Program-made: the position numbers and the translations under genes | The notes under the pieces: model-generated | Databases searched by the model: none | Told to the model about the DNA's origin: nothing | What the model saw: only the letters and a program-made list of their open reading frames with translations | Shown: one piece after another, positions 13,501 to 27,593 of the stretch | How the letters are laid out: each line of letters starts with the position of its first letter | How positions within the stretch are numbered: the stretch's first letter is position 1 | Source: Laetmonice hystrix | Lineage: Eukaryota | Length of the DNA stretch: 64,000 nt | Direction of reading: 5' to 3' | Assembly (NCBI GenBank): GCA_965235115.1 | Contig: OZ249436.1 | Location: 33,232,001 to 33,296,000 of the forward strand

Positions 13501-15049
13501 TAGCTGGTTTACAAAAGTCGAAGTGCCTGGTACCTTTTCACAGCATTAAGGTACACCTCTAAGCTAGCGAGCATTACTCTCCCCCGTCCGCAGCGTCTAA
13601 ACGTCACCACATTCTCTCCAACCGTAGCGGCTGGGACAATATAAAGTGTTGTTGCTTGGCCCCATGCTGCGGTGTTCAACAGTGCTGCCAGCCCAGTCAC
13701 TGTTGATGCTCACTTTCTGTCGGCCTCTACTCTCAGATCCCCTGCGCTTGCCTGCACCTCAATGCCCCAATTTTACACCTGAATTGCTGACTGATTTGGC
13801 CTCAGTCTACCTGGCCACGCAGGTTTGGGGCACCTGGGTTCCCCCATATACATCCACATTAAAGCTAGGGGCCTCAGGCCTTGGGGAGGAGGAGAAGTAG
13901 GAGGAGGAGGGGGGGGGGGGGCTCACAACCCGCCTCAGCAGGAAGTCCCTCCCAATGACCCTTATCCGGGAAGGCATGGTACCTCCCCAACACATACACA
14001 TAAACAGGCATGCAGAAACTAGCCTCGACTATCGATGTATGCAGCATCAATACTGGATGAAATAATCTCTAGGAACCATCTGGGAGAAATAGAGGAAACA
14101 AGTTCAAAGAATACTTGAGCAAAAAGGCAATTTATAATTATTAGTCACAGCGGGAACAAAAGGTCACAATTCCTGTCAAAAAGGTTTCTCCCTATGATGT
14201 TTTTTCTGCGTAGTGTCTTCCCTGTCTTGAAGACCACACAGTGTTGGCAGATGTCTAACTATATACTTCGTCATTTCATGCGGAATTCGAATTCACAAAC
14301 ACATTAGTTACATCCTTTTCTGTTTGAGCAAGGGGCAAAACTATCACATAAAAGCCTTTTTCAACTAGAAATGACAGCTGCATCCAGGATTGTTAAGACC
14401 TACCATAAAATAATAGTAACACTGAAAGTCAGTGCTGTCATATCAGCCTGAATTACCACGATATATACAAACAATACAATAGATCATGGCACCTTTTTAT
14501 CTGTTCTTTTCAAAAGAAAATCTTCAAGCATCAATGTACGCTGCCTGAAAACATTTGTGTGGAACACAAGCCCTCAAGCTACAATAAATATCTCCGTATT
14601 CCAAGTCATTCCCTGTCAACAGTTCGCTTGGCATGTCTCTAAACATTGTGTTCTATCCGCCAATTGCCCTAAGGTTTATTACTACGAGACTTTGTCATCA
14701 TATCATAGACAAATACAAATACTGATACCTAGAGTATGTCCCTGAGAAAAAGACGGTGCATCTGCAACTCTACCAATGTTGAAACGGCCACGTTTGTTCT
14801 CATTGGCCTTCAATGTTGGGAGTCTTAGGGACCTTTCTATGGTATTCCATCAACACCATCCCCTAGGCCTATGTCCTAAGCCTGTGGGATGGATACACTA
14901 CCCCAACACGGGACTCTAGGGTTGCCATGCTCCTATATACAAAGTGTTGGCTTTCAGCTTGACACAAAAACACAGTAACCCACAACTCAAAACATGTCTC
15001 GCTGCACCAATCTAGCATTTCCTCCCGCCAATATGACTGAACCTCACTT

Positions 15050-16450
15050 AACACATTAAGTTGTCTGCTATTCTTAGGTATATATCACGATATATTTTAC
15101 ATACTGCGTTCCCTTCTCAAAACATAAATTTTCACTTCCTACTTCCTCATTCGAGAAAATGGTAGACTACGACCTCAGCTTCGTTGATTTTCTCCTAAAA
15201 ATGCATTAGCACTTTAACGCCTGGTTCAAAACAAGGATCACCAACTTAGGGATGATTATAAGCATAGTGTAAATACTGTAATGATTTTAAACTTGGCTCC
15301 CGAACATGCAACAACTTTCTCATTATTGTATCAGGCACGTTATTTCTCCAACCTATTCTTTTAAAACTTTTCCCAGGACACAACTTTTTTTCCAATTTCG
15401 CTGCACTTGTTACGCCGGAAATGCCATTTTAACAAGGCCCAACTCAATGACCTCCAACAAATCACAAGATATTAATGAGCTTCAATTGTCATGAACTGTT
15501 CTAAACACCATTCGTCTGTGTCGAAAGGCCCGCAGCCTGTGTCTTGTCCGATATCGTCAAGGTTGGGTCATGCCGAGAGGAACACTCTTAATCTCCGAAC
15601 CACTCTCCTAATACGTCTGTCTAAAAGGTCCTGTCACTGGTAAGGATCCTGTTGCATATTGAACGGGCGTGCACTGGCGACTAACAATAGGTTGGGGGGG
15701 AGGGGTTGGTTGGAGGGGGGTCCTGTCCTCTCTCTGCAAGGATCCAAAATGCCTGCAGAGCCCTCTCAGTCAACAGACTATACCTCGTGCATTCCTTCAC
15801 ACATGCCACGGACGACCAGTCAGTGCCAGTGACAAAGTGTCTCTAAATACACGCAACAAAAAGTCGTAATGTGATCGCCGCTGGTATCAAGGCATTCTGC
15901 AGAATTCGGCAGAATTTGAAAAAGGGAGCAAAAACGTGAGCTCTTGTATAATTGAGACACAATAGGGAGATTAGATTTACTTTCCGAAGAGGTGCCACTT
16001 CCGACCTGTACCAATTAACGAATGACAGAACTAAACGGTTACCGGTACAATACTTGGGCATGCCTAGATCAATATCCCAGAATTCACTGGACTTCCGGTA
16101 ATTTGTTTGGAAAATCAAGGTTTTCAACATAGGCTAAGCACTGGGGTATATTGAGGAATTCCTCGCCCCCACCCCACCCCAGCAGAGTTGTTCCGATGTG
16201 TTCACAGACAGTCGGCTTGCCCTCAGTAACCCCAGACCTAAGCACCTCTGCTCCTCCGCATCTACACACCATTCAAACTGTCATCATTCCAAGTTCATCC
16301 AGTAACCCAACTTCATTCCATTGCAGCAGCTGCTTGTCTTGAAGCTGAAAGGAGCTCGGTAACTTCTCATATTTTCTCAGTCCAGGTTGGATTCCTTGTC
16401 ACTGAGAGAACGCGTTTTTTCCTCCAACGTGACCGTGGGGTAAACGTAAA
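15050..16450 (-). mobile_element. Decayed L1/Tx1-like RT and thumb remnant
   Basis: KLGYWMNL (YADD-like position), LRASRLSVN (ASGLxVN-like), DLGMP (YLGxP-like) and NWYRSEVAPLRKVNLI (W...LSxxGKxxLI-like), in order. Confidence 0.45.
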
Positions 16451-16634
16451 GTACCGTGTAGCTTCATTTCAACTGTGGTAATAACTTGGCCGGCTGATTT
16501 ATTACTTCCAGGTCTCCCTTTTCATAATCTTCCCAGGGTGTTGCGAAGGTCCCGTGTTCCTTTAATCATCTTATTTTCGCCCAAATAAAAAACACCCGTT
16601 GAGAAAACAATGGTGGCCGACGCCCGGTGTTCAT

Positions 16635-16695
16635 GGCCTGGGGTCCAGTAAACAGGGCCTGGGGTCCAGTAAACAGGGCCTGGGGTCCAGTAAAC
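16635..16695. repeat. 21-bp tandem repeat x3 (GGCCTGGGGTCCAGTAAACAG)
   Basis: Three adjacent near-identical units. Confidence 0.95.
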
Positions 16696-19600
16696 GGCGA
16701 TCAAAGTCCGCACAAACTGGCAAACACTGGCGAGATGAGCTACAACATCGTCTATATAAGTAAACCTCCCGAAACTACATTATAGGCTAACTCTGATTGA
16801 CTTTGTGATGCTCCCAGTAATACATGAGCTTTCACCACGGACCCACTGCGTTGGTCTTGGCTTGGTCCGCAGGAGTCCCTCCTCCCCATGCCCCTATGTA
16901 CAGGGCCGTGATTTAGCACCGACTTGCGGGTGTAAAGTCAGAAGAATTGGACTAATGGGTTTTAGACAGGTGAATTGACGCTGCCTCGGGACTGTTCCCC
17001 TCGACATGTTAGGTGTGCCATCTGGGTAGGCGAGATGTTCTGGAGCAAGCTTCCACCAATGTCTCTAACAGCCCTATCCCGGAATCACAACTATCCACCT
17101 GTGACTTTTCCACGCCATTACTTATATCTCTTACCCCCCCCCCCCCCCCTGCACCGCCTACCCCGCTGGCGGGGGGAGGGGGTACCAGCACAAACCCTAC
17201 CACCTGGCGAGCCGTGGCCAACCTTCCAGGCCGACCTCTTCCTCCATCATCACCCGCGGCCCCAAGGATCACCCCCTCCCCCCTGAACTCCTACTCCTTG
17301 CACTGTCTCCATGATCGATGCTCCCAGCCCCCGCACCCAGCACGGGTGGGGGTCGGGAGACTGGCCTGGTAACTGGCACCATACAGTTCTCCACTGGCAC
17401 CTCGCGCTAAGCCCACCATTTCCTGGCATCACCGCCCATGTAAAACAATTATACAAACAGACCTTCGTTTTCCCCCGCCATGGATGCCTCACTGAGCATC
17501 CTGGATCCTTCCCCCATGCATAAATCACGCACACAGGCGGCCAGTAAGTAAAGCTCGGCAAATGTGAAAGGTCCCCTGAGCTTATCCTTGAGCCATTACT
17601 GTCTTCTCTAATCTAAAACGTCAGGTAATGAGACCACAGCTTTTTTCAAGCTTTAACCCATAATGTTTACACGTCTGAACGCCTAAGGTTTACTTTACTA
17701 AGATTTCCAAAATGAATCACATGAATTCACAATTCTCACATCCTGTTTGAATCAATGAAGCACCTAGAAATACGCACCGTTAAGACTCGTGCGAAATTTA
17801 ATAGTTTGCCCTAAATGTACTTTACTTGTATTCATTAAGAACAGAAAACACCCAGGGTCTGCCACAGAATGAAGTCATCAAGCAGCCTTTTTAATGTTCA
17901 TCAGAACGTGATATACGTACTCTTGTTCATCAACTACACGCAATAAGTCACTCCTCATGGCCGGTATACGGGAATCATACCCAGTGTTTTAACAACATTT
18001 CCCTGCACTGTTTCTGCATGAACTGACTACCTATCTTGATTACACACTTACAATTTCTCCCCTCTCGTTCCAACCTCAAACTGTCAGATCATGCCCTGCC
18101 ACCTTGTGTGTCTCAGGTGGGGGACTCGCTTTATAACGTCACTCCCCTGCCTCCAAGCTGTCATGCCACAGGTCAGAGGTTAAGGGTCGAGGTCAACTTA
18201 ATGTGCCCTTTACTCTGAAGTCCTGCTTGAGGCCAGTATTGGAATGCACACCTGCAGTCTCTTAAAGCCTACTAACCAACGCCAAACTCCTGCACGGAAA
18301 CTCCACCTCACAATTACAACTTGTTTCTAACAAAAGTCAACAGTTCGGAAACGTACACGTTGGAAACGCTCCAGGAATTCTATAACAAATGTTCACCTAA
18401 GTCACGGTTCGGTCGCAGTATCTGTTATTTTCAACTGGTAGGATTTGAAAAAAAGGTCAAATTACTGGAAGCTTCCTAAAAGAAACCGCTGTCTCTTTCC
18501 CAGTTTAAAACCTGAACGTGAACTTGAACGTTGAGCATCAATGGTAAACGTTTAGGTTTCACATTGATGTGATTGATAACCGCCCCGAATCCTTCTCTCT
18601 TACTTCACGATACCTTTACTTTATCATAAATCTTTTTATGATAAATATTCTTGTGTGGATGTCAAACGTCGCAACGCCCTAAGTTATGTGCCTTTAGTCT
18701 TCATTACATCTCAATCTAGTTCGGCACAGATGTTAAGTCCATGACTGGCCCGCAGGATGTTACGTCGGCCCTACACAGGTGGGCACTATATATCAAAGGG
18801 GGCAGACCAGTCGGGTGTGAACACATATATACTCCTCCAACAATTAACTTTTACCATCTCTCCGCCTCCTTGACGGGAGGTGGGCTATCTACAATGGAGG
18901 ACACAAGTGTGTGTTATCATCATAACTTTCAATGGAAACGCTGGTGATATTTCTGCATCAGCTTCAAATATAGTAGAAGTTGAGACTGAAATTATGCCAT
19001 TTTCGGTTCTATCGATGCAGCAGTATACTCTTTCTTTCCCTATTCTGGACAATCGCCATATTTTGTCGAAGGTGAGGTAGCTGTTCAAGGGTAAAGGAAT
19101 GAGGTCAAGGTCGTCTAAGGTCACATCAACTTCTACACTCAATACATCGCAAATAGTTCAAATGTACTGCATGACTTTTATTTTTCAGTCCCGGAGTTCA
19201 ATGTTAGAATTCGACATACATTGCACCCGGATACAATAAATCAATGCTGTGTTTATTTTAATATAGGACTCGGTCCAGTCACGAGATACTAACTTTATAT
19301 TCTGGGAGCAAACATACGGTTCCGATCACCGATCCCACCCACCATATGAGGCAGAATCCGGACTTTTCTTATCACAACTCATTATGTTAATCTGAATATT
19401 AGAACTACAGCAGTCATATTATTATACACAATGCATTTATATAAATAACCTCCTACAATTAATTACGTAAAGTTAAAATAACCTACCATATACGGTACCC
19501 CGTATTTTCACCGAACTACAGGCTCATCATGTCAGCTCAACAACCATTCGCAATGTCTAATCTATTATAATCCTCAGCCTCTCACTGTGACCCTAGAATC

Positions 19601-22600
19601 AACCTGGTTCTATCATCAGGCTCTCTCTCAGGTATACTACCTTTGATAGCGCTCCAGACGGCCGGCTGGGAGGGTGGAGGTAGGCAAGGCCACGGGCACC
19701 GCTGAGGAAGGCTGCCTCCTACACTTCTGGAAGCACCCCTCACAACGTTTACCCCCTCTGAAAAAACACCCCTCACCACACATGCGTCCCGTCGGGGGTG
19801 CAACCCTACCGACTAAATCTTCATCAGACCCCGCCATCACTCATCCACCTTTTTCCTCCCCCACCCCATGAATTTCATTTCCATGGCCCCTTTTTCCTGT
19901 CATAACTAAACCCAGGGTTTCGCGTTTTTTTCTGTGAAATATGTCAGAGGCGCGGCGTCGAGGCCATAAATCAAGGTGTGATCAACCCAGGGAAGTGTTT
20001 GCGAGATCGGCGTGGGGGCCACAAGTGAATGGTCAAGGAAAGATACAATGTTACTCTCAGCTCGACGCTGAAAACAGTTGACAAGAGATGGCAGGGCGTC
20101 TTCATCCTACCAAAGATCTACATTCACAGGTCAAGAGGTCGCCGCCAACAGTCTGTCGTCTGCCTTTTTGATACGTCAGTGATAGCTGCCACCGGAACTT
20201 TTCAACATAAAAAAAAAAACAGAATAAAATATCTCCAGTCCGTTCAGAAATCAACCCGCCTATTTCCAGAAAGGTTACACGCGGAAGCATTTGGGAATAT
20301 CTTTATTGCCCTCAATATTGTGAATCCGATGCGGGGATGCTTTTATTTCATAAATCTGTAAAGATTTTACCCTTCAAATGTCTGAAATCATTAGAAATCA
20401 ATCCAAACTGCACACTGTGATATATTATTTCATTACGTGTTGATGAAGTCTTCCCAGTGTCAGTAACCACGGTACCGCTAACTAGGAACTGCTGATCGAA
20501 GCGCTTCAGAATTATCGTACAAAAACTGAGTGTAACGTATTCAATGAGGTAGTCCAGAAATGACACGAGTTAGATAGCACAAAACCACTGTAATGAATGA
20601 GCCATTTCATGCACTTCAACAGAAGCACATCTGTATGCAGGTTTTCTGTGCAGACTTGTGCCTGATGAATGCATAGGAAGGTGAAATGTTAAAATAATCC
20701 ACTCTATTCATGGCCAGATGGCTGCCGATAGGCAGACCTGCCCACCAGCTAGCAGATGAAAACGTCCCCAACACTTTCCACGTTTTTGTTGTTTACATTT
20801 GTCTAAGGCAGCTCATTTCCATGCCCAGACAGCTTTCTGTTCATCTTTCTGCTGGAGCTTTCTGATTCTAATAGGAAAACATGAGGATAGGCCAACTTTA
20901 AAGGTTTCTGCATCTTTAACAACTGGCATTAAAGGACAGCAATAACATTCAACGGTGACCAAAAAATCTAGCTCTTTCACCGCTTGTCACTTCTTCAACT
21001 TGTTTGTTTAACAGCTTCTCGCTTTCCATAATCTTAGACCGTGTCAATTCCATGTAAATCATAAACATCGTGGAGCCTCACAACGCCTGCCCTTATCTGC
21101 TCCCCATACATTATTTATCGGTGCCTAGCATTGCAATCAAAGACTTCAATGTTAAATACGTCACAAAGTTGGCGTTGTTTTTGAGCCGTTATAGGCCGAC
21201 TGAAACCAGAGCTGGTCACTGCAGCCAGCCTCCTGGTCCTATACCTCCCAAGACGACAACCAGCTCTTAACAAGTAAAGTATCTGGACCTGTCAAAAGAT
21301 AAACTCATAAAGTGCACGTCTTAATGCGGACCACCTACCCGCTGTCAATGCATCACTCAACCCAAACTTTGGTTTTGATATCCGCGCCCCTCCCTGAGCC
21401 GCAGGCCTCTGTTAACATTACTCAGTAAATAAATGAGTCGCAGCCCAAATCTGATGGCTGTAGTGGATTCTGTACTCATCTCGGAAACACATGGGATAAC
21501 CTGTGAAAGGTTTCATGACTGACTGACATTTCAACTGTCACATATATAACTGTACCACTGCTACTTGAGGTGACCCCACGAAACCGACTCGGATTTTTCA
21601 ACGGTTCATCAACGATTCGAGCAGCTATGATGCCTCTTCTATACTGGACTGACTGAACGTTTTTATGTTTGTAAAAATGTTTATAAGAAAAATCCATAAT
21701 TCAGAGAGTTGCACATGTTCCAAATACTCCTGGATTACCAGTTAACTATACTGCTACACATTCCAGACTTCGTAATCAATATAAATCTGGCAGCATGTTC
21801 AATATGAAATACATCTCTTGCAATAGACCTACAACCAAAGTCTAATCTTTACTGTTTCAAAAGATAATACATGTACAAGTAATGCTTCATATCAACCCCG
21901 AACTTGTTTTTAGGCGTAAATATCAGAATAGATGTACACGTATATCATTAGGAAATATTATAATACAAATTCATGACAATTTCCGAGTCTTTTTACTGGA
22001 ATTTCTGCACAATATCCCCAACCCACACCTAGACACTGGCCAAATGACCGAACTGACTTTCAGACATTGGACAAATGACCAATTCATTGCTGCAGTATCG
22101 GAGCAGTAGGTCAATTAGTATGTTTGAAACACACGATATCGACATCCCACCACCTGCAGGTTGGCCTGCAGGCCTGGCACGATACAGGTCTGTCGTGCTC
22201 GCTTTAATTCACACACACCTCACTACATAACATGGCCTTTCGCATGTTCATGGCTATCCTCTACATCGATGTCATTGATGTACATGTACGTCAATGATTA
22301 ACATCAGTCGAACTCTAATTTACTAGCAATAACTCGGACGTGACAAATGGTCTATGGTTTGAGTGACTGGGGGCCTTTTCTGCTGCTCGTCACCATGCAG
22401 TAATGAAATTTGATTCTAGTAAATTACAACTTGAATCATAACGTCATACAGAAATAGAAGTGAAGACACTGAATGCCAATAAAAACATGTCAATTTTGAA
22501 ACCCACCCAAAAAAATCTCCATCAAAATCACCCAATTATCATAATTTCCATAAAGTTATATACAGTAGTAATTCCCCAAAGTTAAATGAAAAAAGTCTGT

Positions 22601-25600
22601 AGCAAATAAAAACCTGAAGACCAGGAAATGTTGGTGTGAACCAGACTTTTATTTACTCAGACACAAATATAAATGATCAGAGACAGGTCCATGGTTTGAG
22701 ATAGCTATGATTTACCGTACAGGCATTACTCCATACTTCTTCATTATTCTTAATGAACCTCAACTGGCATGTGGGATGGAAGTTAGGAAAATTCTCGCAA
22801 TATTCGGACTGGCATTTTTGGCGGTATTAGTGAAGGTGTTGAGATGGGCTGCTATCGGAGACCGGGGGTGTGCTGGCACGTCGCGGGCCTCGTACATCGG
22901 CAGGCTGTCAGGGGGAGCACCCCCAGACAGATGGGACGAGGTGCCATGGAAATGGATGAAGGTGAGACCGCTGAGATACGGCGACAGGTAAGACAGGGTG
23001 GGGTGCAGCAACTAGTGATGCACTGGTCGTCTCATCATCACCGCAAACTCTTCGTCCCCCAATCGTCGTCCTTCTGTGTCCTATGTCTCTTCGTCCCAGA
23101 AACTACTGATGCGATTGCAGGTCTGAGGTGTGACCCTCCGTTGCTAGCTCCACCACCGCCAGCTCTAACTCGGAGTACGGTTTATATATATGTAGACTCT
23201 ACCGTAGACTTCCCCCCACCCCACCCGTACTTCACTAGGTCGGGTTATCGGCAGAGTTTGCCGCTGACCATGCCATGTGGCCCGCTGACTCGCCGGCTCA
23301 TTACCAGACTACCGCCGCTACCACTGCCTCAACCTGACTGATGAGTCCTTGCCGCCCGCTCAGTGCTGAGTTGCCGTTACTGACAGCCGCTTATCTCTGC
23401 ACACTGCCGCCTTCCAGTGTTACATGAAAATGAATGGCTGCCTTTATTCTAGCCCACATCTCTCACCGATACCCACAGGTATTTATCAGACTATAAGCAG
23501 GTACGCACGGGTCCTGTTTCTTCAGGGGTGACTGAAAACTCCTCAACCAAAATCAACTGGTATGCGTTACTCGTAGACAGGTAAGCAAATCAGGAGTACA
23601 AATTTTTACTATCCGAGAAGGGCAAAAAACACATCCTGCAACTAAATACAGCACGCTTCCCCAGTAGAGATGTCTCCCAGTGCTTGGGTCGCTATCAGAT
23701 ATATTAAATACAGGTAGTAAATACCAGTTGTTCATGCTGCTGAACGCTTGTAATGTCAGGTGCGTGGATTCTCACAAAAGCCTTTCTGTGACCTTTGACC
23801 TGCACACCTCGATCCTGTAAACACCCTTGACCTGTGCCGATGCCAGCCAGCTGTCTGTAGCAAACACCAAGAGAATCCCGAGGTCGCTCGACGCTCGAGG
23901 CGGCCCGTATTGTCCCGAGTTAACTCCGGATGCAAAATACGGTCAAATACTGACATCAATGCGTTAGGATTTGATTTACAATCTTTAGAAGTGTCTCGTC
24001 AATTTAATATCTGGTTGTGATATTATATTTTTAGTATATATTTATATCCAAATGAACTCTTTTTATATCAATCAGAAAAAGTCTAAAATGTGATCTCAAA
24101 CATAAACATAAAAGGAAACTATGAGGCTTCTAGAAAAGGGAGACTTTTAGAAAAGTGAGATATTGTAAATAATCTATTGCTGGTTTCTTGTCGTGACAAT
24201 ACGGTAGCTGCCCTGAGGACAAGGAAATTACCCACTCAGGGCACACACACAACCTGAAACTGAACTCAGTGTTTGCCCTCACCGCCATGAAGCATGGCAC
24301 CACTTCAATATTGCCTCACTAAAACATGTTTTTACATCAGGATCAACAGGCACCATCTTGAGAATTGAGTGGGTCCTCTTTGAAGAGAACTCTTAAAATA
24401 ACGATATCCTATTCAATAGTTTAAGGCATTTACGATCTAAAATGGAGAGAATGTGGATAGACACTGTTCACTACCTGATAGTAAAATCGAGTATTACAAT
24501 TTACATAGTATTTTCTCGAGAGGAAAGAGTCTTTAATCACGACAAACAGAAAGAACTGGCCAATTTCCCTTACTTTAAATTTCTGGATATTTATGCTATG
24601 GAAACTTGACGGTATCCCTCGCCCAGCTCCCACTTCCACACATTGTCAATCATCTGTTATCTTAATACTTTTACCTGGAACATTCAACCCTGCTCACGGA
24701 CTAACATGTTTTGCACGGCACCCTTCAGAGCCAATATAATGAATTCATTTTTCAAAACCAGCTTGAAATTTATTGACACTCAAGATGTAGTGAGGCGTGT
24801 TTCTGCTCATTTAAAGATAGGTTAGATTAAAAAAACACGCCGTTATCTTAGCAAGTGATGCCAATGTCATCATGGCGTCCATCTATCCAGAACACCTGAT
24901 GGTATTCCTATCTCTTTCTGTCCACATCATCAACCTTTCTTAACCCCCAAACTGCCTTAAGTACCTCCAACAAAACCAGTTCATATCAAAGTCAAATATA
25001 ATCAATAGAAAAAAAGGCTAATCCTAGACAAGTTTCTGTTTATCATAACATCGATCTCTTGACATAAACAGTGGTGTGGAGTTGTGGCTGTCCTTCCAGG
25101 TGAGTGAATGATAAATGTCAGGTGAGAGAGCAGCAATATTAGAAGGTGTTAAGGAGAGCCACACCTGATGAGGGGGGCCAAGAGGCGGGGGACGAATAGG
25201 GTGGTCTGAGGTTGAGGTAGCTGAGCTAGCCTGGCCATGCTCCAATGATGGATGGTACGTCTGATTGCTATACCATCTCATGACCGCCAAACGACCACTG
25301 AATACAGTACACCCCTAGACAAACACTCTATATCAAACCTTCGCCGACTGCATTAAATCTGCCATCATGCTGAATGTACGAGGCATATCGTATATATTAT
25401 CTTTGTATGGAAATTGCGAAGTTATGAAAGGAACGTCAAACACCCCAATAACGGAATTTACATCTTTCATATCTTTTTTTCCCCTTCACTAACATTTATA
25501 TTTATTAATACCTTAACTACAAAATTGAAAAGTTGGTAATACACCATCAAAATCACTGCACCAGTCTCTATTTTGCCAACCACATCCTCCCCACTTTGTG

Positions 25601-27305
25601 AATTCTATCAAGTGGACAGCTTTAGACACGGTAATGGTGACCTCCTACGGAGAGGGAAAACATGGAAACAGCCAATGAGACGTCCAGCTTTCTGTCCCAG
25701 AATACCAACTAGACCACCCACACCACCCAGCTCATCGACTATACATGCCGCTCTGCTGCTGGATATATAGGATACCAATATAGGATCTGAGACTAAATTA
25801 ACTAAATCTAAGTTATCCTCCTTCTTTATCTATTATAAACACTTTCCATTCCTTATATCCCTAGTTTCACTTTCAGCCCTACATCGACACTAGCCCTGAT
25901 TGACATGATAAAGATAAGAAACACTAATCAATGTCATATGTCAAAACAAATCCTACAAATCAAACATGATGAAAAAAATGACTATCGTCAATGACCGAGA
26001 ACTTTAAATGAGTGATTTATCGGTTAGAAGATCGAACCAATCATCCGATCGATGACTTAACCCAGATGATAAATTCAATATCATAATCAAGAAAGATCTG
26101 GGTCATCTTCGCCATGGTTTCTTCCTCCATAGATGACGGACACAACAGGGCGATGGTAGACTCTACATAGTAATTTCAAGTTGTCATATTCTCCACTTAT
26201 GTCTTGCCATTATTGGACCCCATGATATACAATGACGTAGAGCTTCCATCCAGCCTTATCCATCATGTGGTCCACCTGTTTTAGGTACGGAGTCTGTCTC
26301 CATGTGATTTATGGTCATTAAATGTTAAAGGTTTATAAGCTTCCCCTGAATGATCTAAGGTAATCGACTACTAGATGTTTCAAAATCAGCCATTCTCCTC
26401 TCGTGAAAACCAAAAAGGAAATCTTTGGTGTCATTCGGATTTATTTGGAGTGGGATGGGTGGGTGAGTGGGGTTAGAAATCGTTTTTTCCAATGGTCCCA
26501 TTCCCCTTAGCCTTAGTATGAGCATCTCTGAAAATATTCTTGAAGCGCCATGTCTAGCCAACTCTCAAACAGCATCATAAAGTGCATGACTTTAAGTGTT
26601 CCACTTAGCACATAACTGATAACAATTCGCCTATATTTGGCGTCCATAAGAAAGCATCACAGTCTCAAACATTCACGTATAACAATGGTAAAATACTGCT
26701 TGCCCTTGTTTATTACTAACAAGTCCCTCAGCGCCTCTCGCTCTAAGTGATATGGGATGACTCAGGGCACACAGGCAAGTCATAAAAACCACACCAGTCC
26801 AAACTCCCGTTCCGACTTCAGGTGGACTATTGGTGATAATTTACCGTTACATCACCAAGTGGCTAAACACGGCCGTGTAAAAAGTCGGCTGTGACGGAGA
26901 GATACACACGTACACAATGGGAATCTATTTATAACAATGGTCAGAAGGCTAGGATCAAACTCTGGTGTGCATTAGTTGAAATGGTCAGTCGGCTTTCACC
27001 TGCAGATCGGCAAGAAGCTTAAATATACCAAACAAATCTTTAGATAAGGACATCAAGTAAAACCGATACGAAACCAATGACAAAACCAATGTCCACCGGG
27101 TCACTATGACTGACCTAGGTTACATGGACTCAATCTACTTGGGGCTAATTACATCACAGATTAACTTGGCTCAGTCCTGAGTAAAGCCCACTGATTGACA
27201 TGAGGCGGGTATCTATAGTAGGATCTAGTAAACCAAACGGTTACTTACACATCTAAAAGTAACACCGTGTATACATGATGTTGATGAGTTGATGACAGAT
27301 CTTAC

Positions 27306-27593
27306 TCGGTTATTTTTTTATGGTACATGTATTCGCTGCTGACTCGTTCACAATCATGAAAGGATTGGCTATTCTCCCGTCTGACAGTCTGAATACACTA
27401 TAAATAAATACTTCACTCCATGAAGTAACTCGTGGGGCGTTTTTCACGGCCAATGTAGTAAAACTACACTCAACATGGACCTTTCCAGTAATGGAGATTT
27501 TAATCTCGCCATCCTCCCCTACCAAACTGGATGTTCTAACGGAGTTTTCCTCTGTCCTTTTTATATTGGATTGGTCTTTGACTGACAGAATCA
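27306..27593 (-). other. Candidate 288-nt exon (possible exon 2 or pseudo-exon) with an in-frame TAA just before its donor
   Basis: Acceptor TTTTTGCCGTTTTAG, phase 1 compatible with exon 1. About 94 open codons (VILSVKDQ...VHVECSF...PRVTSW...DGRI...CTIKK*). Donor A|GTAAGA 4 nt after the stop. Length is a multiple of 3. Confidence 0.3.
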
